Translations under genes and position numbers: made by a program
Shown: positions 1-8,423 of the stretch, piece by piece
Layout: each line of letters opens with the position of its first letter
How positions within the stretch are numbered: position 1 is the stretch's first letter
Source: Oscillospiraceae bacterium
GTDB taxonomy: Bacteria; Bacillota; Clostridia; Oscillospirales; Oscillospiraceae
Assembly: GCA_022804995.1 (NCBI GenBank)
Contig: JAAWUC010000002.1
Span: 464 to 64,463 of the forward strand
DNA length: 64,000 nucleotides
Direction of reading: 5' to 3'
The notes under the pieces: generated by a model
What the model saw: the letters and a program-made list of their open reading frames with translations, nothing else
What the model was told of the DNA's origin: nothing
Database searches by the model: none

Positions 1-1635
1 ACCGCCCGGGCCAACTCCCCCATGTCCGCCTTTTCCGCCGTCTATACCGGCACCGCCTCCCCCGTGGAGGGCCTCACCGCCTCGGACTGCGGAGAGCTCC
101 TGCTGGGCGTCCCCCAGGAGGTCTACGTCCGCAGCGCCCTCATCCGCCAGGGCGGTCTGGCTATCGGCCCCCACGCAGCCCTGGAGCAGCGCATCAACGC
201 CCTCGTCACCACCGGCGAGGAGGACGTGTCCTGCTCCGCCGTCTCCGACCGCCTGCGGCGTCAGCTCAACCGCCGCCGCCACAACCAGACCGGCCTGCTG
301 CCCCAGCTGGAGCGGGAGCTCACCCTTGTCCAAGCTACGTTGGGGGAGCTCCGGACTCTGGACAGCCAGCTCCAGGGCTGTGAAAAGGACCTGACCGCCA
401 CCCGGTCCCAGATCCAAAACGTCCACGCCCTGCTCTCCCGCCACGAGGCCGCGGACCAGGCCGACGCCCTCTCCCGGCAGGCGGAGGCCCGCCAGGAGGC
501 CCAGGCCGCCTCTCTCCGCCTCTCCCAGCTGGCGGACCAGGCCCGCCAGCGCGCCCAGCGCTCCGCCGATGCCCTCCGCCAGGCGGAGGAAGCTGCCGCC
601 CAGTCCCACCCCGAGGAGAAGGCCCCCGGCGCTCCCCCCCGTTTCTCCGCGCTGTGGCTTCTGCCCGGCCTCGCCGCCGCCGTCGCCGGGGGGCTTGCCG
701 TCTCCGTCTCCCCGCTCGCCGCCGCCGGAGCCATGCTGGCCCTTCTTATATATACGCTCTGCGCCGCGCTCCTCTACACCCGCCGCAAAGCCCGCTGGCA
801 GGCCGGGCAGGACCGCCGCCAGGCGGAGGAAACGGCATACCAGGCCCTTCTGGACGCCCTGGAATCCGCCCGGGCCGCCCACCAGTCCGACCTGGACGCC
901 CTCGCCGCCGCCGAAGCCGGCTATGAGGCCAGCCTCCATTCCGCCCAGCCCGCCGCTGCTCTCTCCGGCGCGCCCGCCCAGCCCGTCAAACGCCCCACGC
1001 TGACCAGGGACCAGCTGCAAAACAGCCTGCGGACTCTTCTCGGCCGGGAGGAATCCCTCAAGGCCGCCATCCACCGGACCACCGGCCAGATCCAGGGCCG
1101 TGGCGACCCCATCGCCCTGCGGGAGCGGGAGGCGGCGCTTCTCTCCCGCCGGGAGGAGCTCCAGGCGGAGTACGACGCCATCGCTCTGGCCATGGAGGTC
1201 CTCTCCCAGGCGGACACGGACCTGCAAAACCGGTTTTCTCCGGCTTTGGGAGAAAAATCGGCGGAGATATTTACAAAGCTCACCCAGGGGAAGTATAATA
1301 GAGTTCTGCTGGACCGGGAGATGACCCCCTCCGCCCAGGAGGCGGACCGTCTGGCCCCCCATGAGGCCGCGTTCCTCAGCCAGGGTGCGTCGGACCAGCT
1401 CTATCTGGCGGTACGCCTCGCGGTGTGCCAGCTGGTGCTGCCGGCGGAAAACGCCGCCCCCATCATCCTGGACGACGCCCTGGTCAGCTTCGACGACGGG
1501 CGCATGGCCGCGGCCCTGGACTATCTGCTGGAGCTCTCCGCCCAGCGGCAGATCCTGCTCTTCACCTGCCAGAGCCGGGAGGCGGCCTGCCTGCGCCGCC
1601 TCCACCCCAACGCCTGCCACATTGTCAGTCTGTGA
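1..1635 (+). CDS. SMC/SbcC-like AAA ATPase, YhaN-type, C-terminal part (5' end outside window)
   Basis: The frame is open from nt 1, so the ATG at 22 is probably internal. It has a long Q/A/R/E-rich coiled coil and two central hydrophobic helices (FSALWLLPGLAAAVAGGLAV, AMLALLIYTLCAALLY). The C-terminus carries an ABC/SMC signature plus Walker B/D-loop region (SQGASDQLYLAVRLAV ... PIILDDALVSFDD). No Walker A is visible, so the N-terminus must lie upstream. Confidence 0.6.
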   Translation, partial: TARANSPMSAFSAVYTGTASPVEGLTASDCGELLLGVPQEVYVRSALIRQGGLAIGPHAALEQRINALVTTGEEDVSCSAVSDRLRRQLNRRRHNQTGLLPQLERELTLVQATLGELRTLDSQLQGCEKDLTATRSQIQNVHALLSRHEAADQADALSRQAEARQEAQAASLRLSQLADQARQRAQRSADALRQAEEAAAQSHPEEKAPGAPPRFSALWLLPGLAAAVAGGLAVSVSPLAAAGAMLALLIYTLCAALLYTRRKARWQAGQDRRQAEETAYQALLDALESARAAHQSDLDALAAAEAGYEASLHSAQPAAALSGAPAQPVKRPTLTRDQLQNSLRTLLGREESLKAAIHRTTGQIQGRGDPIALREREAALLSRREELQAEYDAIALAMEVLSQADTDLQNRFSPALGEKSAEIFTKLTQGKYNRVLLDREMTPSAQEADRLAPHEAAFLSQGASDQLYLAVRLAVCQLVLPAENAAPIILDDALVSFDDGRMAAALDYLLELSAQRQILLFTCQSREAACLRRLHPNACHIVSL

Positions 1636-1644
1636 GGTCCCATT

Positions 1645-2487
1645 ATGCCGCTCTTTTTTCCCGACGCCTGCGTCTCGCCCCTCCAGCGGGGCTGCTTCAC
1701 CTTTCTCCTCCTGCTGGCCTACAGCTTTCTGGGCTGGTGCGGAGAGATGGTATACTGCTCCATCGGCCAGAGAAAGCTATGTGAGAAGCGGGGCTTTCTC
1801 AACGGCCTCCTCTGCCCCATCTACGGCCACGGAGCCCTAGTGGTCCTGCTGGTTCTGGACGGCAGGTGCGAAAATCCCCTGCTGACCTTTCTGCTGGGGG
1901 CGGTGCTCACCTCCGCCGTGGAGTATATCACCTCCTATGGCATGGAAAAACTCTTCCACATGCGCTGGTGGGACTACTCCCGCTACCGTTTCCACCTCAA
2001 CGGCCGGGTCTGCCTGCTCAACTCCACCCTCTTCGGCCTGGCCAGCGTGTTTCTCTGCCACTTCGCCAACCCGCCCATCGCCCGGTGGCTGGGCACCCTC
2101 TTCGCCGCCGGCCTGGGGGTCCCTCTGGCCCTGGTGCTGGGCGTCCTCTACCTGGCGGATATCGCCGTCTCCGTCCGCAGCGCCCTCCGCGTAGGCAGCC
2201 ACCTCGCTAAGCTCCACGACGTCCACGACGAGCTGGCCCGGCGGCTGGAGCAGCTCCGGGCCGGACAGCGCCAGTTCACCGAAGCCCAACGCCAGCGGCT
2301 GGAGGAGGTCCGGGCGGAGGCCCAGCGGAAGCTCCACGCCCTCTACGAGCGCCAGGACTTCTTCGACCGCCGCCTGCTGCAATCCTTCCCCACCCTGAAA
2401 TCCGCCCGCCACAGCGAGGCCCTGGCCAAGCTGCGTGAATATCTGGAAAACCGGAAGCAACCCATCAAAGAAAACAAGGAGATGTAA
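1645..2487 (+). CDS. polytopic membrane protein, PF06541-like (putative ABC-transporter type IV family) with charged coiled-coil tail
   Basis: The ATG lies 10 nt after the upstream stop. The motif LAYSFLGWCGEMVY ... RGFLNGLLCPIYGHGAL matches my recollection of this family. Several TM helices are followed by an R/E/Q-rich C-terminus. Confidence 0.55.
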   Translation: MPLFFPDACVSPLQRGCFTFLLLLAYSFLGWCGEMVYCSIGQRKLCEKRGFLNGLLCPIYGHGALVVLLVLDGRCENPLLTFLLGAVLTSAVEYITSYGMEKLFHMRWWDYSRYRFHLNGRVCLLNSTLFGLASVFLCHFANPPIARWLGTLFAAGLGVPLALVLGVLYLADIAVSVRSALRVGSHLAKLHDVHDELARRLEQLRAGQRQFTEAQRQRLEEVRAEAQRKLHALYERQDFFDRRLLQSFPTLKSARHSEALAKLREYLENRKQPIKENKEM

Positions 2488-2490
2488 GCA

Positions 2491-3324
2491 ATGTCTGAAT
2501 GCACCCACGACTGCTCCACCTGCGGCGAGAACTGCGGGGAGCGCACCGAGCCCCAGTCCTTTTTGAAGGAGCACAACCCCGCCGCCCGTGTGGGCAAGGT
2601 CTTCGGCGTCGTATCCGGCAAGGGCGGCGTCGGCAAGAGCATGGTCACCAGCCAGCTGGCGGTGCTCATGAGCCGGAAGGGCTATCAGGTGGGCGTCCTG
2701 GACGCCGACGTCACCGGCCCCTCCATTCCCAAGTGCTTTGGTGTCCGCCAGCGGGCCATGGCCGACGAGCGGGGGATGATCCCCGTCCCCACCTCCACGG
2801 GCATCCAGCTCATGAGCGTGAACCTGCTGCTGGACAATGAGACGGACCCGGTCCTCTGGCGGGGCCCGGTCATCGGCGGGGTGGTAACCCAGTTCTGGAC
2901 CGACGTGATCTGGGACGTGGACTACCTCTTCGTGGATATGCCCCCGGGCACCGGCGACGTGGCCCTGAGCGTGTTCCAGTCCCTGCCCCTGGACGGGCTG
3001 ATCATCGTGGCCTCCCCCCAGGAGCTGGTGAGCATGGTGGTGGAAAAGGCCGTAAAGATGGCGGAGATGATGAACGTGCCCATCGTGGGCATTGTGGAAA
3101 ACATGAGCTATCTTCTCTGCCCCGACTGCGGCAAGGAGATCCCTCTCTTCGGCCCTGGCCGGACCCAGGCCGCCGCTGACGCCCACAGCCTGAAGCTCTT
3201 GGCCCGGATGCCCCTGAACCCGGAGCTGGCCTCCCTCACCGACGCGGGCCGCATTGAGGACTTCCAGGGCGATTGGCTGAAAAATCTGGCAGATATTTTG
3301 GAGAAGTTCCACAGCAAGCAGTAA
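2491..3324 (+). CDS. Mrp/NBP35 (ApbC-like) Fe-S cluster carrier ATPase
   Basis: RBS AAGGAG. N-terminal Cys cluster CTHDCSTCGENCG, deviant Walker A SGKGGVGKS, and a C-terminal LLCPDCG motif. Confidence 0.85.
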   Translation: MSECTHDCSTCGENCGERTEPQSFLKEHNPAARVGKVFGVVSGKGGVGKSMVTSQLAVLMSRKGYQVGVLDADVTGPSIPKCFGVRQRAMADERGMIPVPTSTGIQLMSVNLLLDNETDPVLWRGPVIGGVVTQFWTDVIWDVDYLFVDMPPGTGDVALSVFQSLPLDGLIIVASPQELVSMVVEKAVKMAEMMNVPIVGIVENMSYLLCPDCGKEIPLFGPGRTQAAADAHSLKLLARMPLNPELASLTDAGRIEDFQGDWLKNLADILEKFHSKQ

Positions 3325-3367
3325 TCAATCTGTCTCATCAATACCATTTGTAAAGGAGGCCGCGCCT

Positions 3368-3859
3368 ATGTTCCGAGAAATGCGCCGGAAAAAGCAAGTC
3401 CTGCCGGAGTCCGACTGCCTGTCCATCCTGGACCGGGGCACCGCCGGGGTCCTGGCCCTGTCCGGGGACGATGGCTACCCCTATGCCGTCCCCATCAGCT
3501 ACGTCCGGGAGGGGGACACCCTCTATTTCCACTGCGCCCAGTCCGGCCACAAGCTGGACGCCGTCGCCCGTAATGAGAAGGCCTCCTTCTGCGTCATCGA
3601 CCAGGATCAGGTAGTCCCGGAGCGGTACACCACCCACTACCGCAGCGTCATCGCCTTTGGCCGGATCCGGATTGTCGAGGCCCCGGCGGAGAAGCGCCGC
3701 TCTGTGGAGCTGCTGGCCCGGAAGTACGCCCCCGCCGACACCCCGGAGCACCGGACGGAGTATATCGAAAAAGATTTTTCCCGGCTGTGCATGCTGGCAT
3801 TGACCATCGAGCACGTAACCGGAAAGCAGGCCAGAGAGCTGGTCCCCGCCGCGCAGTAA
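3368..3859 (+). CDS. pyridoxamine 5'-phosphate oxidase-like FMN-binding protein (NimA-like)
   Basis: RBS AAAGGAGG. MFREMRRKKQVL...GVLALSGDDGYPYAVPISYV...LYFHCA is typical of the PNPOx-like split-barrel family. Confidence 0.75.
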   Translation: MFREMRRKKQVLPESDCLSILDRGTAGVLALSGDDGYPYAVPISYVREGDTLYFHCAQSGHKLDAVARNEKASFCVIDQDQVVPERYTTHYRSVIAFGRIRIVEAPAEKRRSVELLARKYAPADTPEHRTEYIEKDFSRLCMLALTIEHVTGKQARELVPAAQ

Positions 3860-3870
3860 CGCGGTAAAAC

Positions 3871-3905
3871 GAACCGCCCGCGCCGTTTTTTGGCGCGGGC
3901 GGTTC
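3871..3905. terminator. bidirectional intrinsic terminator between convergent genes
   Basis: 14 bp perfect stem GAACCGCCCGCGCC / GGCGCGGGCGGTTC with a T-rich loop GTTTTTT, flanked by AAAAC and TCT. Confidence 0.7.
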
Positions 3906-3921
3906 TCTGTTCGCTTTCCGT

Positions 3922-4899
3922 CTACTGTGCCAGCACAGCGGCCAATCCGGCCTGGCTCTCCAGGGTCCCCTCATCCAACCACTTGGTCCTCCCCACCGAG
4001 CCGCCGTCGTGGTACACCGCCAGCAGCAGCCCGTCCGGCGGCTGGACGCAGCCGTCCTGGACTGGGAACTCCCAGTCCCCGATCCTCTCCATGCCCTCCT
4101 GGGACAGCTCATAGCGCACATCCGCCCGGAAGACGTTCACATACTCCTCCACCAGCTCGCTGTAGCTGGAAATCCACGCGATCTCCTCCACCCGGTACTC
4201 CCCTGTGAAGAGGGCCCGCGTCTCCCCGGACCAGCCGCCCATGTACGCCTCCACGGCCTTCCGGACCTCGTCGTCCAGCACATAGCCGTCCTTGTCCAGA
4301 AACAGCACCGTCATCCCCTCGGCCTCCTGCCAGTCCGGCTCCTCGGCCAGGGAGCCCCAGTCCGCAAAGGGCGCTTCCCCGTTCAGCCGGAAGGTCCGGG
4401 CCGTCTCCATCATCAGCTTCTCGTTTTCCGCCCAGCTCTCCGGATTGGACGCGAAGCCCCGGAGCTCCCAGCTGCCGCCCTTTCCGTCCGCCAGGTAGAG
4501 CATCCGCTCTCTGCCGCCGTCCTTTCCCGCCGTTACGGACGCGAAGCTCCCGTCGTAGTCCGCCGTCTCCTGACGCCACACCTCCAGCACGGCCTCATCG
4601 CGGCTCATCCACATCCCGCCGGACCCCTCCCGGACCGTCCACCCCTCGGGCACATAGATGCTCCAGCCGTCCCCCTCGTAGATGGTGCAGGCGATCTCCT
4701 TTCCGCCCACCTGGAGCACGGGCCCCTTCTCACCGGGGGCCTCCGGCGTCTCATCGCCGTCTATCTGCTGTACCGGCGCTTTCGTCTCCGGCTCAGGCCG
4801 GTTCCAGGGCTGCCAGATAATGATCCCCGCCGCGGCCAGTCCGGCCAGAATCGCCAGCACAATCCCCGCAATTTTCTTCTTGTCTATCGTCATGTACAC
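3922..4899 (-). CDS. hypothetical N-terminally membrane-anchored protein
   Basis: RBS AGGAGG sits 10 nt upstream of the ATG. One N-terminal TM helix (IAGIVLAILAGLAAAGIIIW) is followed by a Pro/Glu linker and an acidic W-rich ectodomain. No family recognised. Confidence 0.6.
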   Translation of the reverse strand: MYMTIDKKKIAGIVLAILAGLAAAGIIIWQPWNRPEPETKAPVQQIDGDETPEAPGEKGPVLQVGGKEIACTIYEGDGWSIYVPEGWTVREGSGGMWMSRDEAVLEVWRQETADYDGSFASVTAGKDGGRERMLYLADGKGGSWELRGFASNPESWAENEKLMMETARTFRLNGEAPFADWGSLAEEPDWQEAEGMTVLFLDKDGYVLDDEVRKAVEAYMGGWSGETRALFTGEYRVEEIAWISSYSELVEEYVNVFRADVRYELSQEGMERIGDWEFPVQDGCVQPPDGLLLAVYHDGGSVGRTKWLDEGTLESQAGLAAVLAQ

Positions 4900-5032
4900 C
4901 GTACCTCCTGTTCTGTCTGCCGAAGCCTACGGGCTTTATTATAGCGGATCTCCCTTCATCTGTGGGTTACAGCTCCATTACAATCCAATAACGAAGCAGT
5001 TCCTATTTGGTAACAGGAGGCCCCCTTGTGTA

Positions 5033-5179
5033 TCAGAATTTCATCTCCCCCTCCCCCAGCAGCTCCTCCGCCGAGAACCCGTCCTCCGGGCAATCCCACA
5101 GCTCGCCGCCGCCATCCATTAGAAACGCACCAAAGCCCCGAAGCTGTGCCCGTTCTAAAATGTCAGTAATTTTCTCCAT
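5033..5179 (-). CDS. small acidic hypothetical protein (48 aa), not in ORF track (<60 aa)
   Basis: My own translation: MEKITDILERAQLRGFGAFLMDGGGELWDCPEDGFSAEELLGEGEMKF. Perfect RBS AAGGAGG at 5187-5193, 7 nt from the ATG at 5179. It is divergent from the HTH gene. Confidence 0.4.
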   Translation of the reverse strand: MEKITDILERAQLRGFGAFLMDGGGELWDCPEDGFSAEELLGEGEMKF

Positions 5180-5319
5180 ATCGTCCCCTCCTTGTTCTCC
5201 CTTTTAGTTGATATTATAATCCAATAGGTTGAACTTGTCAACACCAATAAACTTTTCTTGCTTTTTTAGGGGAATTCGCTTATATTATAAACGAAAAGCT
5301 TTCATTGGAGGATAAACCC

Positions 5320-5541
5320 ATGGGTATGGCGGTCAAAGTAAAAATGCTTCTTGCGGTAAGGGGAATGACGCTCAAAGAGCTCGGTGCAAAATTAGAGCCC
5401 CCCACCTCTGTTCAAAATATCAGCAAAAAAATCAAAAGGGACAACCTGACGGAGCGGGACCTGACCGCCATTGCAAAAGCCTGCAATGCAACCTTCAAGG
5501 GCGGCTTCGTCCTCAACGACACCGGCACAGAGATTCAATAG
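5320..5541 (+). CDS. small helix-turn-helix (XRE-like) DNA-binding protein
   Basis: The ATG at 5320 is preceded by GGAGG at 5307-5311, so the TTG at 5305 in the track is probably too early. The HTH-like core is MTLKELGAKLEPPTSVQNISKKIKRDN. Local sequence is AT-rich. Confidence 0.65.
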   Translation: MGMAVKVKMLLAVRGMTLKELGAKLEPPTSVQNISKKIKRDNLTERDLTAIAKACNATFKGGFVLNDTGTEIQ

Positions 5542-5556
5542 ACGAAGAAAGCCAAA

Positions 5557-5589
5557 ACCGGCCGCCCCTGCTTCCGCAGGGCGGCCGGT
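5557..5589. terminator. bidirectional terminator hairpin
   Basis: 11 bp stem ACCGGCCGCCC / GGGCGGCCGGT between the convergent HTH gene and the amidohydrolase gene. Confidence 0.6.
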
Positions 5590-5605
5590 CTTCATAAACA
5601 CACAA

Positions 5606-6415
5606 TCACAGTTTTTTGTAGTGGTAGAACCGGGCGAAGTTGTGAAACAGGATATCCTCCAGAAAGTCCTCCTCCAGTCCAAGCCCCATCGCCTTCTCCA
5701 GCTCCTTTTTCGGGCACCAGATGGGGTAATCGGACCCAAAGAACACATGGCTGGGGTCGTACTCCCGGAGAATGGGGTACAGCGGCCCCTTGTCCTCCAC
5801 GTAGCTGAAGGAGGAGCTGATGTCGGTGTACATGTTCTCCAGCCTGGCGATAGGCCGAATCTTCTCGATATCCCAGTCCCCCCAGTTCCCCAGATGGGCG
5901 GCAATGCACCGCAGCCTGGGAAATGTCCTGGCAATGGGCAGCATCCGCCTGGGTCCGGACACATTCACTCTGGGGTCCCCCATGTGGGCGATGAGGAACA
6001 TGTCGTTTTTCTCCATCTCCTCATACATAGGGAACATCCGCTCGTCGTCCAGCACAAAATGCTGGAACTCCGGATGAATCTTCACCCCGAAGATCCCGTG
6101 CTCCCGCATCCAGGCCAGCTCGTCCCTGTAGTCCTCATACTCCGCGTGGAGGGTCCCGCAGGGGATAAACCTGGGCTGCTTGAGGGCCTCCTCCCAGATA
6201 TACCGGTTGATGTGCTCCACCTGATGGGCGGTGGTAGCGGCGGAGAAGACCATTGCGTAGTCGATCCCCGCCCCCTCCAGGGTCTCCACCAGCTCCCCCA
6301 CGCTGCCGTAGTGGTTGGGGGGCTCCGGCAGGTCGAAGTAGTCCGCCGTAGCCACCGTGGCCTTGGCGGCGATCTTGTCGGGGAAGATGTGGGTGTGCAT
6401 GTCGATGACTCTCAT
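5606..6415 (-). CDS. amidohydrolase family protein (PF04909-type metal-dependent hydrolase)
   Basis: Start moved to the ATG at 6415, which has RBS GAAGGAGA. The N-terminus MRVIDMHTHIFPDKIAAKA gives the HxH metal motif, and later HMGDP and FGSDYP motifs are present. Confidence 0.8.
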   Translation of the reverse strand: MRVIDMHTHIFPDKIAAKATVATADYFDLPEPPNHYGSVGELVETLEGAGIDYAMVFSAATTAHQVEHINRYIWEEALKQPRFIPCGTLHAEYEDYRDELAWMREHGIFGVKIHPEFQHFVLDDERMFPMYEEMEKNDMFLIAHMGDPRVNVSGPRRMLPIARTFPRLRCIAAHLGNWGDWDIEKIRPIARLENMYTDISSSFSYVEDKGPLYPILREYDPSHVFFGSDYPIWCPKKELEKAMGLGLEEDFLEDILFHNFARFYHYKKL

Positions 6416-6469
6416 AGCGCCGTCTCCTTCGCGGTTTACTGCGTTCCAGTATAACACAGGATCCGGTTC

Positions 6470-7858
6470 CTAGAAAACGGCGGATACCGCCAAAAATGCG
6501 ATGGACAGCAGGAAAAATACTAGTATCAATTTCCATACGAACCGAATCCACCGGTCGTAGGGCACCCCGCCCAGCGCCAGTCCGCCCATCACCACAGCGG
6601 CGGTAGGGGTGATCATATTCACCAGCCCCGACGCGGACTGAAACGCGGTGACAATCAGCTCCCCGCCCACCCCGGCGAACTGCCCCAAGGGCGCGACAAT
6701 GGGAATCGACAGCGTCGCCAGCCCCGAGGACGACGGAATCAGCACCGACAGCGGCAGGTAGATGAGGTACACCAGCAGAATGAACCCCACAGACCCGCTG
6801 CCCTCCAAAGCCCGCTCCCCCCAGTAGAGCACGGTGTCCGTAATCCGCCCCCCGTCCATGAGCACGGTAATGCCCCGGCTGATGCCGATGATAAGCCCCA
6901 CGCCCACCAGGTCCGCCGCCCCGTCCACGAAGCTGTCCACGATATCCTGCTCCCCCAGGCCGTAGACAATCCCCACGAGAATTCCCCCCACCAGGAACAG
7001 CCCGCTGAGCTCCGGAAACCACCAGCTCAGAGTCGGAATGGGCGCGCCGATCTCATCGAAGGGGATCACGGCGTAGATCATCACCGCAAACACTCCGGCG
7101 AACACCGCCAGCACCCACTTCCGCCGCCTGTCCAGCACCGGCACATCCCCGCCCTTACTGCCGCTCCCTTTTCCCCCCAGCCCGGCGGCCAGGGACTTCT
7201 CCGGGTGGGCCCGAATCCTCCCGGCGTAGGCCATCACATACCAGATGGCCAGCGCGTCAAACACCACCAGCATCACGAGCCGGATCATCATCCCATCCCC
7301 CAGGGACACCCCGGCAAACCCGGAGGCAATCCCGGTGGCAAAGGGATTGACGGTGCTGGCCAGCACCCCGGCCCCGCTGCCCAGCAGCACCACGCTGATC
7401 CCCACCAGGGCGTCGTACCCCGCGGCGATAAACACCGGAATCAGCAGCGGATAGAAGGCCATCGTCTCCTCCCACATGCCGAAGGAGGTGCCCCCCAGGC
7501 TGAACATAACCATCAGCACCGGAATCAGCAGAATCTCCTTCCCGCCCAGCAGCCGCGTCACGTTCCCCACCCCGGCGTCAATGGCCCCGGTTCTCATCAC
7601 AACGCCCAGAAAACCGCCCACCATCAGAATGAAGAGGGCCACATCCACCGCGTCATAGAACCCCTGGAACGAGGCCAGCACCACATCCCCGGCCCCCTGA
7701 GGCGACTGCTCCACGGCGTGGTAGGTCCCCGCCACCGGGGCCTCCTCCTCCCCGGAGCGCTCGTAGCGCCCGGCGGGGATCACCCAGGTGGCCGCCGCCG
7801 TGAGGATCAGCAGGCAGAAGAGGATGGTATAAGCCGTCGGCATCCGCATATTTTTCAT
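6470..7858 (-). CDS. YfcC/DcuC-type anaerobic C4-dicarboxylate/basic amino acid carrier family membrane protein
   Basis: Start moved to the ATG at 7858, which has RBS GGGAGGGA. The N-terminus MKNMRMPTAYTILFCLLILTAAATWVIPAGRYER is typical of YfcC. About 12 TM helices. Confidence 0.8.
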   Translation of the reverse strand: MKNMRMPTAYTILFCLLILTAAATWVIPAGRYERSGEEEAPVAGTYHAVEQSPQGAGDVVLASFQGFYDAVDVALFILMVGGFLGVVMRTGAIDAGVGNVTRLLGGKEILLIPVLMVMFSLGGTSFGMWEETMAFYPLLIPVFIAAGYDALVGISVVLLGSGAGVLASTVNPFATGIASGFAGVSLGDGMMIRLVMLVVFDALAIWYVMAYAGRIRAHPEKSLAAGLGGKGSGSKGGDVPVLDRRRKWVLAVFAGVFAVMIYAVIPFDEIGAPIPTLSWWFPELSGLFLVGGILVGIVYGLGEQDIVDSFVDGAADLVGVGLIIGISRGITVLMDGGRITDTVLYWGERALEGSGSVGFILLVYLIYLPLSVLIPSSSGLATLSIPIVAPLGQFAGVGGELIVTAFQSASGLVNMITPTAAVVMGGLALGGVPYDRWIRFVWKLILVFFLLSIAFLAVSAVF

Positions 7859-7971
7859 CACATATCCCTCCCAACACTTCCGGCCTAGTTTGCGCGGAGG
7901 AGGGCGGAATATGCGTTTTACATCTGCGTCCTCTGATTTTTCCATTTCCCTGCCGCTGCCCTTCTCTCGGC

Positions 7972-8011
7972 CAAAATAAAAAGCCGGTACAGCCATAGAC
8001 TGTACCGGCTT
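7972..8011 (-). terminator. intrinsic terminator of the small lipoprotein gene
   Basis: 12 bp perfect stem AAGCCGGTACAG / CTGTACCGGCTT (7981-8011). On the minus strand it is followed by TTTTATTTT (7972-7980). Confidence 0.75.
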
Positions 8012-8058
8012 TTATTCGGGGTCTGCAACAGGGACAGGCAAATACCAGCGTCAAAACC

Positions 8059-8319
8059 CTACCTGGGACGCCAATGATCATGGCTTCTGTCGATACAGGC
8101 CACGTCTGAGCATCCCATATTGCCGTAGAAGCTAAAATATTCCGCGTCCGGATATTCTTCAGAAAGCTCATCGAGGATTTCATTGAACTCTGCCGCATGG
8201 ACTGTCAAAAGCTCCTCCAGACCGTTATCCTCATTACCGGCCAAAACACCGCAGCCGCAGGCTAAGACAATCAAAAATAAGAGCAGAACTATGCCAAAAG
8301 CAAATTTAAGCCTAGTCAT
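8059..8319 (-). CDS. small putative lipoprotein (86 aa), AT-rich gene
   Basis: RBS AAGGAGG. Signal peptide with lipobox-like LACGC. TTGACT-16-TATTAT promoter-like sequence upstream. Visibly lower GC than the neighbours. Confidence 0.55.
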   Translation of the reverse strand: MTRLKFAFGIVLLLFLIVLACGCGVLAGNEDNGLEELLTVHAAEFNEILDELSEEYPDAEYFSFYGNMGCSDVACIDRSHDHWRPR

Positions 8320-8423
8320 AGATGACCTCCTTGCTCATCGGCCCTGTCCCATGTTGCATAATAATTATATAATTTTTGAAGTCAACCGTCAAGCGCGTTT
8401 TAGCCGTTTTCCAGCTTTCGCTG

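Noticed and set aside
1837-3312. 491-aa ORF on the minus strand spanning the membrane-protein and Mrp genes. Similar very long antisense ORFs are 16032-17831, 19659-21170, 34796-36649, 36803-38752, 48726-50501, 58662-60023 and 60800-62569 on the minus strand, and 8376-9884, 12977-14395, 25377-27563, 40972-42645 and 4009-4944 on the plus strand.
   Set aside because: Each lies exactly antisense to, or out of frame with, a gene that has clear family motifs. Their translations are G/R/P/H/L/Q-rich junk with no motifs or RBS. This is typical shadow-ORF behaviour in high-GC DNA.
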